From: an uncultured Eubacteriales bacterium
GTDB lineage: Bacteria > Bacillota > Clostridia > Oscillospirales > CAG-272
Length of the DNA: 33,803 bases
Direction of reading: 5' to 3'
NCBI GenBank assembly: GCA_934462885.1
Contig: CAKSJC010000001.1
Coordinates: 1 to 33,803 of the forward strand
Shown: one piece after another, positions 25,066 through 33,803 of the stretch
How positions within the stretch are numbered: the first letter of the stretch is position 1
Layout: every line of letters begins with the position of its first letter
Notes under the pieces: model-generated
The model's database searches: none
What the model was told of the DNA's origin: nothing
Seen by the model: the letters and a program-made list of their open reading frames with translations, nothing else
Translations under genes and position numbers: made by a program

Positions 25066-26358
25066 TTATTTAAGCGTAAGCTGCGGCTCCGCGTGATCCG
25101 TGATACATTCTTTTGTGATAGTTACTTTCTTCACATCTTTCCTGGAGGGAAGAGTAAACATAATGCCGGTCATTATCTCCTCGAGTATTGAGCGGAGTCC
25201 GCGCGCTCCGGTATTTCTCTCAAGAGCGCGTTCGGCGACCGCACGAAGTGCGTCAGGCGAGAATTCGAGTTCAACGTCATCCATTTCGAGAAGCTTTTTG
25301 TACTGCTTGACGAGGCAGTTTTTCGGCTCCGAGAGTATTCTCACAAGCGCGTCGCAATCAAGGTTTTCAAGTCCCACGATAACGGGGAGACGGCCTACCA
25401 GCTCCGGAATAAGTCCGAATTTTACGATATCATGAGCGGTAACGTCTTTGAAGATACCGTCTTTCAGCTTTTCTTCTTTTTTCTTTATTTCTCCGCCGAA
25501 GCCGATGGATGACTGACCTTTACGCTGTTCGATTATTTGATCAAGCGTGTCGAATGCGCCTCCGCAGATAAACAGGATGTTTTGCGTATTTATCTGGATA
25601 AATTCCTGATTCGGGTGCTTTCTTCCGCCCTGAGGAGGAACGTTTGCTACGGTTCCTTCCAGTATTTTCAAAAGCGCCTGCTGAACACCCTCTCCGGAAA
25701 CGTCCCTTGTGATAGAGCGGTTTTCGCTTCTTCTTGAAATTTTATCAATCTCATCAATGTAGATGATTCCGCGCTCTGCGAGTTCGATATCATAGTCGGC
25801 AGCCTGAATGAGACGAAGTAAGATATTTTCAACATCCTCACCAACGTATCCGGCTTCGGTTAGAGTTGTAGCGTCCGCTATTGCGAACGGAACTTTGAGA
25901 GTTTTTGCGAGGGTTTGGGCAAGAAAAGTTTTGCCGACTCCGGTAGGACCGATGAGGAGCACGTTGCTTTTCTGTATTTCAACGTCGTCTGATTCGGGAG
26001 CTTCGGTATTTTTCTTTGACCTTTTAAGCTTTGCGGCGGCGTCGTTTTGTATGAGTCTCTTATAGTGATTGTAAACTGCGACCGAAAGTGCGATTTTTGC
26101 GTTATCCTGTCCTATGATATACTGATCGAGAGTCTCTTTTATCTCCATAGGAGTTGGCAGAGTATCTGAAACAAGCTCAGTCTGGGCGTTGTCTGAGAGG
26201 TGATCGAAAATTATATCGTTGCAGGCATCGATACATTTATCGCAGATATATATACCGGTTGGAGACGGGATAAGGAACTCGACCTGATCTTCGTTTCTTC
26301 CGCAGAAAGCGCAGGAACGCGAGATCTGTATCCGCCCGTTGTTTGTGTTCTGAGCCAT
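25066..26358 (-). CDS. clpX: ATP-dependent Clp protease ATP-binding subunit ClpX
   Basis: N-terminal C4 zinc finger CAFCG...CDKCIDAC. Walker A GPTGVGKT. Walker [10 protein letters not shown]. Confidence 0.95.
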   Translation of the reverse strand: MAQNTNNGRIQISRSCAFCGRNEDQVEFLIPSPTGIYICDKCIDACNDIIFDHLSDNAQTELVSDTLPTPMEIKETLDQYIIGQDNAKIALSVAVYNHYKRLIQNDAAAKLKRSKKNTEAPESDDVEIQKSNVLLIGPTGVGKTFLAQTLAKTLKVPFAIADATTLTEAGYVGEDVENILLRLIQAADYDIELAERGIIYIDEIDKISRRSENRSITRDVSGEGVQQALLKILEGTVANVPPQGGRKHPNQEFIQINTQNILFICGGAFDTLDQIIEQRKGQSSIGFGGEIKKKEEKLKDGIFKDVTAHDIVKFGLIPELVGRLPVIVGLENLDCDALVRILSEPKNCLVKQYKKLLEMDDVELEFSPDALRAVAERALERNTGARGLRSILEEIMTGIMFTLPSRKDVKKVTITKECITDHAEPQLTLK

Positions 26359-26395
26359 TGTGAAAAACCTTTCGTTTTTGAAGTTTTGATTTCAC

Positions 26396-26980
26396 TTACG
26401 GGCGGTGTTCGATAACTTTATCGATAAGTCCGTAAGCTGCGGCAGCGTCAGCGTTCATAAAGTTGTCTCGCTCCGTGTCGCGAGCGATCTCTTCAAGCGG
26501 ACGCCCCGTATTTTTGGCAAGGATGTTATTTAGACGTTCTCTTGTCTTTAATATATGATCGGCTTGGATCTTTATGTCTGTCGCTTGACCTTGAGCGCCG
26601 CCAAGAGGCTGGTGTATCATAATTTCGCTGTTGGGGAGAGCAAGTCTTTTTCCCTTTGTTCCGGATGAAAGGAGGAAAGCGCCCATAGAGGCAGCCATGC
26701 CGACGCAGATCGTACACACGTCGCACTTAATGAAATTCATTGTGTCATATATTGCAAGTCCTGCGGAGACTGAGCCTCCGGGGCTGTTTATATAAAGGGA
26801 GATATCGCGGTCGGGGTCTTCTGCTTCAAGGAAAAGAAGCTGTGCTACCACGAGAGAAGCGGTTACGTCGTTAACCTCGTCGGCAAGAAAAACGATTCTG
26901 TCGTTTAAGAGTCTCGAATAGATATCGTAAGAACGTTCACCTCGGTTGGTCTGCTGTACGACCATTGGAACAAGTGCCAT
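26396..26980 (-). CDS. clpP: ATP-dependent Clp protease proteolytic subunit
   Basis: Catalytic Ser in GMAASMGAF and catalytic His in [19 protein letters not shown]. Confidence 0.95.
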   Translation of the reverse strand: MALVPMVVQQTNRGERSYDIYSRLLNDRIVFLADEVNDVTASLVVAQLLFLEAEDPDRDISLYINSPGGSVSAGLAIYDTMNFIKCDVCTICVGMAASMGAFLLSSGTKGKRLALPNSEIMIHQPLGGAQGQATDIKIQADHILKTRERLNNILAKNTGRPLEEIARDTERDNFMNADAAAAYGLIDKVIEHRP

Positions 26981-27161
26981 AATACACCTCCGTTATTAAA
27001 TAAAAATTATACTTAGTTATATTTTGCCGAAAACGGTAAAAGCGGCGGAGGGTGGAAATATGTTTTTTTACATAAAGCGTCCTCCGGCGACAAAAAACGG
27101 TCTTTCGGAAACAATACCGCTGCACCGAAAAGAGAACGGGCAGCGGCAGAGAACTTTTAGA

Positions 27162-28469
27162 TTATTCGGCGTCTTTCTTTTCTGTTTCTTCAACGTCGGT
27201 AATAATTGCTTTATCGCGAACGAGTTCGATAGCCTTCTTGACTTTGAGATCTTCGGCAACGGCGTCACGGTCGACAACTTCTTTAATTTTGTCGACTTCC
27301 ATGCCGTAAGCTTCGGCAAGTCGTGCGTATTCTGCATCAATTTCCTCGTCGCTTACTGCAAGATTTTCAAGAGCCGCGATCTTTTCAAGTGCAAGGCGGG
27401 TTTTTACCTGACGTTCGGCGTCGGGTCTCATCTGCTTGCGGAGAGAGTCGAGATCAAGACCCGTGTACTTAAAGTAAGTGTTGAGGTCAAGACCGTTCAT
27501 GCGGAGTTTGTTGTCATAGTCGCGGACAAAGTTTTCTGTTTCGTTTTCAAACATACACTCGGGTATGTCTGCTTTAAGCTTTTCTATAAGAGCTTTTACG
27601 AGAGCGTCGTCAACAGCGCCGTCTGCGCGTTTTTTGTGATCTTCTTCGATTTTTGCCTTTATATCCGCTTTATATTCATCGAGGGTATCAAATTCGGAAA
27701 CGTCGCGTGCGAATTCATCGTCGAGAGCGGGAAGTTCATTGAATTTGATTTCCTTGAGAACGCATTTGAATGTTGCATCTTTTCCCTTGAGGTTTTCGGC
27801 GTGATAATCATCGGGGAATTTAACGTTTACGTCAAAGCTGTCGCCAACGTTATGACCGATTATTTGATCTTCGAATCCGGGAATGAATTGACCGGAACCG
27901 AGCTTTAACTGATGACCTTCAGCCTTGCCGCCGTCGAAAGCCTTACCGTCGACAAATCCTTCAAAGTCAATGGTAACTATGTCGTCCTTCTGTGCGGGAC
28001 GGTCTGTTATATCTACGAGACGGGAGTTTCTGTTCTGTACGCGGGAGAGTTCATCGTCTACTTCGGCGTCCGTTGCGTGAGAAACCGGGCGATCCACAGC
28101 GATACCTGTGTATTCGGCGATTTCGACTTCGGGCTTTGTGAAGAATGTAGCCGTAAGAACCACGCCGTTTTCGTCGATGGAAACAACGTCGAATTCGGGA
28201 CGGCTTACGATATCCTTAATGTCGCGTACAGCGTCAGTGTATGCGTCGGGAATAACCTCGTTTATAGCATCTTCGTAGAAAACTTCCTTGCCGTACATTT
28301 TTTCAACGAGAGCGCGGGGAGCTTTGCCCTTACGGAAGCCGGGGATAGTGATATTTTTAGAGGATTTTTTGAAAACTTTATTAATTGCGTCTTCAAAAAC
28401 AGCATGGTCCACGTCGAATGTGATCTTGTGCTGATTTGCAGCGATATTTTCCTGTGATTTCAGGCTCAT
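27162..28469 (-). CDS. tig: Trigger factor (ribosome-associated PPIase chaperone)
   Basis: GFRKGKAP ribosome-binding signature and FKBP-like middle domain (FIPGFEDQIIGH). Classic tig-clpP-clpX order. Confidence 0.93.
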   Translation of the reverse strand: MSLKSQENIAANQHKITFDVDHAVFEDAINKVFKKSSKNITIPGFRKGKAPRALVEKMYGKEVFYEDAINEVIPDAYTDAVRDIKDIVSRPEFDVVSIDENGVVLTATFFTKPEVEIAEYTGIAVDRPVSHATDAEVDDELSRVQNRNSRLVDITDRPAQKDDIVTIDFEGFVDGKAFDGGKAEGHQLKLGSGQFIPGFEDQIIGHNVGDSFDVNVKFPDDYHAENLKGKDATFKCVLKEIKFNELPALDDEFARDVSEFDTLDEYKADIKAKIEEDHKKRADGAVDDALVKALIEKLKADIPECMFENETENFVRDYDNKLRMNGLDLNTYFKYTGLDLDSLRKQMRPDAERQVKTRLALEKIAALENLAVSDEEIDAEYARLAEAYGMEVDKIKEVVDRDAVAEDLKVKKAIELVRDKAIITDVEETEKKDAE

Positions 28470-28542
28470 TTTTGATTCTCCTTGATGTTTATATAACTTG
28501 AATATTTAAAAACAAACAATACGTATCCGCATAACTTTTTAT

Positions 28543-28571
28543 ATTGTACAATTATTCCGCGCCAATGTCAA
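28543..28571 (-). promoter_or_regulatory. Promoter of tig
   Basis: The minus strand reads TTGACA (28571-28566), 17-nt spacer, TACAAT (28548-28543). Confidence 0.55.
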
Positions 28572-28622
28572 GAGTATTTATTCAAAAGAATTTTAACAAA
28601 ACATGAATGTTTCTGAGGATTT

Positions 28623-29357
28623 TTAAATCTGCGGGAAAGCATCGGTTCTGTACGGAATAAAATCGAGAAAATCCGCCGAGATTAGAGTCATTTTCACTCC
28701 TTCGTACACCGTAGACTGCGGAACGGAGTATTTTCCATGTATATGTCCGAAGAAACAGTTCTTGACGGCATGTTTTTTCATAACGTCGACTATCGGCCGG
28801 CACACGAAATCTCCGAAAACGGGAGGAAAATGCAAATATACGAGAACGGGTGAGCCATTATGCTTTTCACGCAGTTTCTCTGCGGCATCAAGCGAAAGCT
28901 CAAGCCTGACGCACTCGCGTGCGACTATTTTTTTATAGTCCGTCGGCGATTGAGTATTTTGGAATTTTGGTTCGATATACCAACCGCGGCTTCCGGCGAT
29001 TATGGCGCCTTCCGCGAAAAAAGCGTTGTTTTGGAGAAAATCTATCGATGAAATGCCAAGCTCTCCGAGAAACGATTTCATCTTTGCTACGGTTGCCCAC
29101 CAGTAGTCGTGATTCCCGCGGGAGATAATTTTTTTCCCGGGAAGGGAGTCTATGAAAAGAAGATCATCTGCCGCTTCCGCAAGCTCCATAGCCCACGAGA
29201 TGTCTCCGGGGATAACGACGGTGTCGGTATCCGTAACGAGACGGCTCCAATTTGTTTTTATTTTTTCGGTGTGTCCTGTCCAGCGGCTTCCGAATTTGTC
29301 CATGGGTTTGTTTGCGGTGTGTGACAGATGAAGGTCGGCTATCGAATAAAGCGCCAT
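28623..29357 (-). CDS. Metallophosphoesterase family protein
   Basis: Calcineurin-like motifs are present: IADLHL, PGDISW, GNHDYWW and, later, GHIHG. The start lies 4 nt after the thrC stop. Confidence 0.75.
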   Translation of the reverse strand: MALYSIADLHLSHTANKPMDKFGSRWTGHTEKIKTNWSRLVTDTDTVVIPGDISWAMELAEAADDLLFIDSLPGKKIISRGNHDYWWATVAKMKSFLGELGISSIDFLQNNAFFAEGAIIAGSRGWYIEPKFQNTQSPTDYKKIVARECVRLELSLDAAEKLREKHNGSPVLVYLHFPPVFGDFVCRPIVDVMKKHAVKNCFFGHIHGKYSVPQSTVYEGVKMTLISADFLDFIPYRTDAFPQI

Positions 29358-29361
29358 GGCG

Positions 29362-30852
29362 TTATACTCTGAAAGGGAGAGCGGGCATATCGGACGGATC
29401 TATTGTTTCCGAGAAGCGAACGTTCATGGTGAGAGTGCGCAGAAGCGGAGCAGGTATTTCGGTTGAAGTTTTTTCGGAAAGTTTTTTTAATAAAGGCATA
29501 AAGTCCTCTTCCGAGCCGGAGACGTCAAGACCGAGAGCTTCCGATACGGCGGGTGCGAATTTATACGGACTTGCGGTTGAGGCGAGCACCGTGGGAGTCG
29601 AGTCTCCGGTTTCGGCGCGGTATTTCTTCACGCACCCTAGACCGACCGCGGTGTGAGGATCGATGAGATAAGCTTCATTATTAAATGAATCGGCTATCGT
29701 TTGCTTTGTTTCGGTTTCATTCATTGAGTATGCGGAGAAGAGAGATCTTATTTTTTCCATAAGAGCGGCGGAAGCGGTGTATTTTCCTTTTTCTTTAAGC
29801 TCTTCCATAAGCGAAGCGGTAGTTTTAGGATCGCTCAGCACGGAAATAAGTCTTTCAAGATTACTTGAAATAAGTATATCCATAGAGGGGGAGATAGTTT
29901 TGTAAAACTCTCTCGTTCTGTCGTAGACGCCTGTGTTTATGAAATCGGTGAGCACATTATTGCTGTTTGAAGCGCAGATGAATCGGTTTACGGGAATACC
30001 GATTTCACGCGCGATGTAGGCGGCGAAAATATTTCCGAAGTTTCCGGTGGGGACGGCAATATTTATTTTATCTCCCATGGAAATTTTTCCGTCATTTATA
30101 AGATCGCAGTAAGCGGACACATAGTACACGATCTGCGGAGCAAGGCGTCCCCAGTTTATTGAGTTTGCGCTGCTGAAGAAGAAGCCGTTTTTATCTGCTT
30201 TTTCGGCGAGAGCGCGATCTGCGAATATAGCCTTGACGCCGTTTTGCGCGTCGTCGAAGTTGCCGCGGACTGCCGCCACATAAACATTGTCTCCGAGAGT
30301 TGTCTGCATTTGAAGCTTTTGCATACGGCTGACGCCGTCTACGGGATAGAATACGGTTATCTTTACCCCGGGAACGTTTTTATATCCTTCAAGAGCCGCT
30401 TTTCCGGTGTCTCCGCTTGTTGCGACGAGAATGTGTGCGATGCGGCGTTCACCCGTCATTGAAAGAGCACGCGAGAGGAGACGAGGCATGATTTGGAGAG
30501 CCATATCCTTAAATGCGGAGGTAGGACCGTGCCACAATTCGAGAGAATATATACCGTCTTTCATTTCATGAATCGGTGCGGCGCCTCCCGGAAAACGCTT
30601 TTCCGAGTAAGCTTCGGCACAGTCGGCGGACAAAGCGGACGCGTCGTAATCATCAAGAAAAAGCCCCAGGATAAAAGACGCGCGTTCGGCATAAGTCATT
30701 CCGATAAGTTTTTTTATGTCGTCGCACGTAAGTTTCGGCATTTTTTCGGGGATATAGAGTCCTCCGTCGGGGGCAAGCCCTTCTTTTATAGCTTCAGCCG
30801 CGCTTACGTAATGCGGGCAGTTTTTTATGTCTCTTGTACTTCTGTATCTCAT
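29362..30852 (-). CDS. thrC: Threonine synthase (long form)
   Basis: PLP-lysine motif GPTSAFKDMALQ, plus ATSGDTG and GNFGN motifs. Confidence 0.9.
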   Translation of the reverse strand: MRYRSTRDIKNCPHYVSAAEAIKEGLAPDGGLYIPEKMPKLTCDDIKKLIGMTYAERASFILGLFLDDYDASALSADCAEAYSEKRFPGGAAPIHEMKDGIYSLELWHGPTSAFKDMALQIMPRLLSRALSMTGERRIAHILVATSGDTGKAALEGYKNVPGVKITVFYPVDGVSRMQKLQMQTTLGDNVYVAAVRGNFDDAQNGVKAIFADRALAEKADKNGFFFSSANSINWGRLAPQIVYYVSAYCDLINDGKISMGDKINIAVPTGNFGNIFAAYIAREIGIPVNRFICASNSNNVLTDFINTGVYDRTREFYKTISPSMDILISSNLERLISVLSDPKTTASLMEELKEKGKYTASAALMEKIRSLFSAYSMNETETKQTIADSFNNEAYLIDPHTAVGLGCVKKYRAETGDSTPTVLASTASPYKFAPAVSEALGLDVSGSEEDFMPLLKKLSEKTSTEIPAPLLRTLTMNVRFSETIDPSDMPALPFRV

Positions 30853-31016
30853 ATTCGGACCTTTCTTTATCCATCGGATTTTTATGCTGATTTATAATGC
30901 AAAACTTGCAATACAAAGTTTATTATAATGCAAAGCTATCGGCAAAAGCGTGGCGGGATTTTTCGGGAATTTCCGCAACGAACATTAAATGTCGGCAGAG
31001 CGCAATATTTTCTTTT

Positions 31017-31949
31017 TTAATCCGGCAAAGCTTTTTTCATGAATGAGAACGCCGTGCCGTAGAATATATCATTTATTTCGTTTTCCGTAAAGCCCCGCTC
31101 GGAAAACAAAACAGGAAAACGACAGAGAGAGGATATGTCTCCGATATCGTCAGGAGGAGTCGTGCCGTCAAAGTCGCATCCGAACGCGACTTTATTTCGG
31201 ATCAATGCAAAATAGTGTTCTATGTGGCGCAGAACGTATGAAGCGTCGGATTTTTCGGAGTCGGGAGCGAGGTGTGCCGGGCAAAAGCTTATACCGGCTA
31301 TGCCGCCTAAAGAAACGAGACGGCAAAAACAATCGTCAGTCATATTTCTCGGATGAGGGGATACTGAAATGGAGTTCATGTGAGTTGCGATAGGTGAAAC
31401 TCCGTATTTTTCACAGATATCCATTATATCTTCTGCTGATCTCCGTGAGGCGTGAGAAATATCCGGCGTTATTCCAAGCGCGCACATTTCGCCTACCGCC
31501 TCTTTCCCGAAGTCCGACAAGCCGATATCGGTGTCATATGCTCCTCCAAGAGAATTTTCTCCCCGCCAAAGAGGCGTTATAACACGGACTCCCGCGTCAT
31601 AAAGTTCGCGCAGTCTTTCGGGTCTTCCGTTAATTATCCGAGCGTCTTCGAGAGTTATGATGAAATGTACGCCTCCTGCGCGATCGGCAGCGGTAAGCTC
31701 TTTTTTATTATTTATAAATCCGACTCCGTGTGCGTTTGCTTCACGCAAGAGGTACTCTCTTACATCGAAAAAACGTTTCCAGCCTTCTTCGTCCGAGAGA
31801 GTCTCAGATGTGAATATCGCGGTAAGTTCGATGTATTTTTCGTATTTTTCCGCCTTTTCTCGGGATATCTGCAAGTTGTTTTTTAAAAGGGAGGCTTTTT
31901 CTCGATAAAGAGCTGTTGCCGTGTCGCAGTGAAGATCAAAAAGAAACAT
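31017..31949 (-). CDS. Dipeptidase, peptidase M19-like (membrane dipeptidase family)
   Basis: ORF 31017-31955. The ATG at 31949 has better spacing from GGAGGA. N-terminal FDLHCDT metal-binding motif, plus the later DISHAS and FGCDFDG motifs. Confidence 0.6.
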   Translation of the reverse strand: MFLFDLHCDTATALYREKASLLKNNLQISREKAEKYEKYIELTAIFTSETLSDEEGWKRFFDVREYLLREANAHGVGFINNKKELTAADRAGGVHFIITLEDARIINGRPERLRELYDAGVRVITPLWRGENSLGGAYDTDIGLSDFGKEAVGEMCALGITPDISHASRRSAEDIMDICEKYGVSPIATHMNSISVSPHPRNMTDDCFCRLVSLGGIAGISFCPAHLAPDSEKSDASYVLRHIEHYFALIRNKVAFGCDFDGTTPPDDIGDISSLCRFPVLFSERGFTENEINDIFYGTAFSFMKKALPD

Positions 31950-31985
31950 AAACATTCCTCCGTGTGTAAAGTATAAATCGGAGCG

Positions 31986-32411
31986 TCAGAAGCTTAAATT
32001 TTTCATTCTTCCGGCGGAGAATTTTCCTTTCTTTTTTACTGCGTTTTCAAAGTGGCGTATGCTAAGGACTTTGTAAGTTTCGGAAAGCGGATCTATATAA
32101 ACTTCTATGACGTCGATCCGCGGTGTAAGCTCAAGCGGATAAGTTTTTGTGTATTCGAGCGCCGCACGGATAAGAGCGTTTTTCTTCCTTTCGTCGACGC
32201 GGTCGGAAGGACGTCCGAACATATCGGGGCGGTCGGGGTACTGACGTCTTGTTTTTACCTCGGCGAATACGAGAAAATCACCGTCCTGCGCTATTATATC
32301 TACTTCCGAGTGACCGACATACACGTTTCTTGCAATTATATGATATCCTTTATCGGAAAGATACATAGCGGCGGAATTTTCACCGATATTGCCGAAGGTT
32401 TTTTTATCCAT
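31986..32411 (-). CDS. yraN: YraN family (UPF0102) endonuclease-like protein
   Basis: GENSAAMYLSDKGYHIIARN...SEVDIIAQDGDFLVFAEVKTRR matches the YraN pattern. It lies directly downstream of rnhB, as in many Firmicutes. Confidence 0.75.
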   Translation of the reverse strand: MDKKTFGNIGENSAAMYLSDKGYHIIARNVYVGHSEVDIIAQDGDFLVFAEVKTRRQYPDRPDMFGRPSDRVDERKKNALIRAALEYTKTYPLELTPRIDVIEVYIDPLSETYKVLSIRHFENAVKKKGKFSAGRMKNLSF

Positions 32412-32487
32412 AAAGATTTTCCCGTCTTTAGTTTATTTTGATACGTGAAAGCGTAGGATAAGCGCCGTTGCAGCTTGTGGTTGGATT

Positions 32488-33156
32488 TTAGATACGCGCT
32501 TTTTTTGCGGATTCATTTTCGGCGAAAGCTTTTGCGAGTTTGTCGTGATCCCTTTCGAGAAACGAAAGAAACGTTCGCCTGTGTATCGGGCACGGACCGA
32601 ACTCGAATAAAGCAAGCTTATGAGCAAATGTCGGATAACCTTTATGCGCGGCGAAACCGTATTCAGGATAAAGCGCGTCGTATTCCGCGCACATTCGGTC
32701 CCGCGTTACTTTGGCAAGTACTGAAGCGGCGGCTATTGACGGAGAGATTGCGTCGCCGTGAACAACGCACTGCGAAGGCGTGCCGAAATCTGTCGTTCGG
32801 TTTCCGTCTGCCAAAACGATGCCCGGGGGGCAGCCCAACAGTTCGGAAGCCTTATCCACAGCGCGGCGCATTGCTAAAAGTGAAGCGTTTAATATGTTTA
32901 TTTCATCTATTTCCGATTCGCTTGCGGAAGCAATGCCGTATGCGGAGGCTGTTTTAATTATTTCGTCATAAAGCCGCTCGCGTTTTTTTTCGGAAAGTTT
33001 TTTTGAGTCGTCTAACCCGTCTATTGTTATTCCGACCGGAAGAACAACGGCGGCGGCTACTACGGGACCTGCGAGAGGTCCGCGGCCTGCTTCATCCGTT
33101 CCGCAGACTATACCGTACTGCTCTCTTACGTATGAATCAAATTGGCAGTCAAGCAT
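32488..33156 (-). CDS. rnhB: Ribonuclease HII
   Basis: [19 protein letters not shown] and DDSKKLS motifs. Conserved ylqF-rnhB synteny. Confidence 0.92.
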   Translation of the reverse strand: MLDCQFDSYVREQYGIVCGTDEAGRGPLAGPVVAAAVVLPVGITIDGLDDSKKLSEKKRERLYDEIIKTASAYGIASASESEIDEINILNASLLAMRRAVDKASELLGCPPGIVLADGNRTTDFGTPSQCVVHGDAISPSIAAASVLAKVTRDRMCAEYDALYPEYGFAAHKGYPTFAHKLALFEFGPCPIHRRTFLSFLERDHDKLAKAFAENESAKKARI

Positions 33157-33222
33157 TTTCAGACAGTTTCCTTTTTATATTTATCCGTGTTCGTTGTTTT
33201 GTTATCATAATGTTTTTGCTGT

Positions 33223-33803
33223 TTATTCCGACAAGAGCGATTTTTCAGGCGGCAATTCAAGCGTTATCGCGCCGATCTTTGCGCTTCTGAACTCATCGAG
33301 TACAATCTTTGCCGCACGTTCGGTGTCAAGATCTCCTCCCGAGATGAGAAAACCTCGTTTTCTCGCGACTGCTTCAAGTATTTCATAAGGTTTAGCTTCC
33401 GCGAGGGAATCGGGAGCAAGCTTGTAGCGCGTGCAGAATTTGTCCGGAGCCATCTTGTAAAGCTTTATGCAAAGTGCGGAAGCAAGCCCTTCCGTATCGA
33501 GTATTGCGTCGCGGATAGCGCCTGTGAACGCGAGATTTTCGCCGATTTCCCGTTCGTCGAACTTAGGCCACAGAACGCCCGGCATATCGAGAAGTTCGAT
33601 TCCGATGTCGGTCGGCACCCATTGCTTAGTGAGCGTAACTCCGGGGCGGTTTTCGACTTTTGCTTTTTTTCCTCCGCTTAACTTATTTACAAGAGAGGAC
33701 TTTCCGACGTTCGGAACGCCGACTATCATAGCGCGCACGCGCCTTCCGCTCATTCCTTTTTCTTCATAGCGTTTAAGCTTTTCAGCAAGGATCGAGCGTA
33801 CTG
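33223..33803 (-). CDS. rbgA: Ribosome biogenesis GTPase A (YlqF/RbgA), C-terminal part; gene continues past the right edge
   Basis: IVGVPNVGKSSLVNKL (G1) and LLDMPGVLWPKF. The frame stays open upstream of the track's Met to position 33803 (VRSILAEKLKRYEEKG...), consistent with a circularly permuted GTPase whose N-terminal part lies outside the window. Confidence 0.85.
   Translation of the reverse strand, partial: VRSILAEKLKRYEEKGMSGRRVRAMIVGVPNVGKSSLVNKLSGGKKAKVENRPGVTLTKQWVPTDIGIELLDMPGVLWPKFDEREIGENLAFTGAIRDAILDTEGLASALCIKLYKMAPDKFCTRYKLAPDSLAEAKPYEILEAVARKRGFLISGGDLDTERAAKIVLDEFRSAKIGAITLELPPEKSLLSE

Noticed and set aside
27024-27908. 294-aa plus-strand ORF.
   Set aside because: It is entirely antisense to tig and the tig-clpP spacer. 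Its Phe/Val/Asn-rich, low-complexity composition is what the mirror of a Glu/Lys/Asp-rich gene produces. It has no RBS.
1-33803. Searched for CRISPR repeats, transposases/integrases, phage modules, toxin-antitoxin pairs and defence-type genes (nucleases, ATPases, reverse transcriptases, methyltransferases).
   Set aside because: No regularly spaced direct repeats were seen. The only sizeable repeat is the tRNA-Leu duplication. Every ORF over 100 aa with a plausible RBS matches a housekeeping family, so there is no support for a mobile or defence island.

Overview
This 33.8-kb segment looks like ordinary core chromosome of a Firmicute. The gene order is Clostridia/Bacillus-like and GGAGG-type ribosome-binding sites are frequent. 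The + strand carries a compact pyrimidine de novo operon, pyrC-pyrK-pyrD-pyrF-pyrE-pyrB-pyrI (656-6578), behind a consensus sigma-A promoter. It also carries one isolated tandem-GNAT acetyltransferase gene. Everything else is on the - strand. In coordinate order these are: a partial DegT-family aminotransferase start (1-233, missed by the ORF track); pheA (chorismate mutase/prephenate dehydratase fusion) preceded by a membrane-protein gene; a lipoate cluster (lplA-like, lipA, free-standing lipoyl domain, second lplA-like); tgt; mutL; mutS; a ylbF/ymcA-like gene; miaB; an ApbE / Gx-transporter / NusG_II operon whose apbE is interrupted by one in-frame TGA; two identical tRNA-Leu(GAG) cassettes; a small membrane protein; clpX-clpP-tig; a metallophosphoesterase; thrC; an M19-like dipeptidase; yraN; rnhB; and the 3' part of ylqF/rbgA. 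I found no CRISPR array, transposase, integrase, phage genes, toxin-antitoxin pair or recognisable defence genes, and no long unexplained ORF. I therefore do not claim a clear-cut novel system here. The best leads are: (1) a self-contained lipoylation module built around a stand-alone E2-type lipoyl carrier flanked by two LplA paralogs and LipA; (2) the poorly characterised NusG_II-Gx-ApbE module, with an in-frame TGA at a conserved Ser position of ApbE; (3) duplicated tRNA-Leu cassettes, each with a perfect consensus promoter; (4) a YlbF/YmcA-like protein with a Cys/His-rich tail in the conserved miaB-ymcA-mutS-mutL context. All family calls rest on motif recognition by eye, not on database searches.
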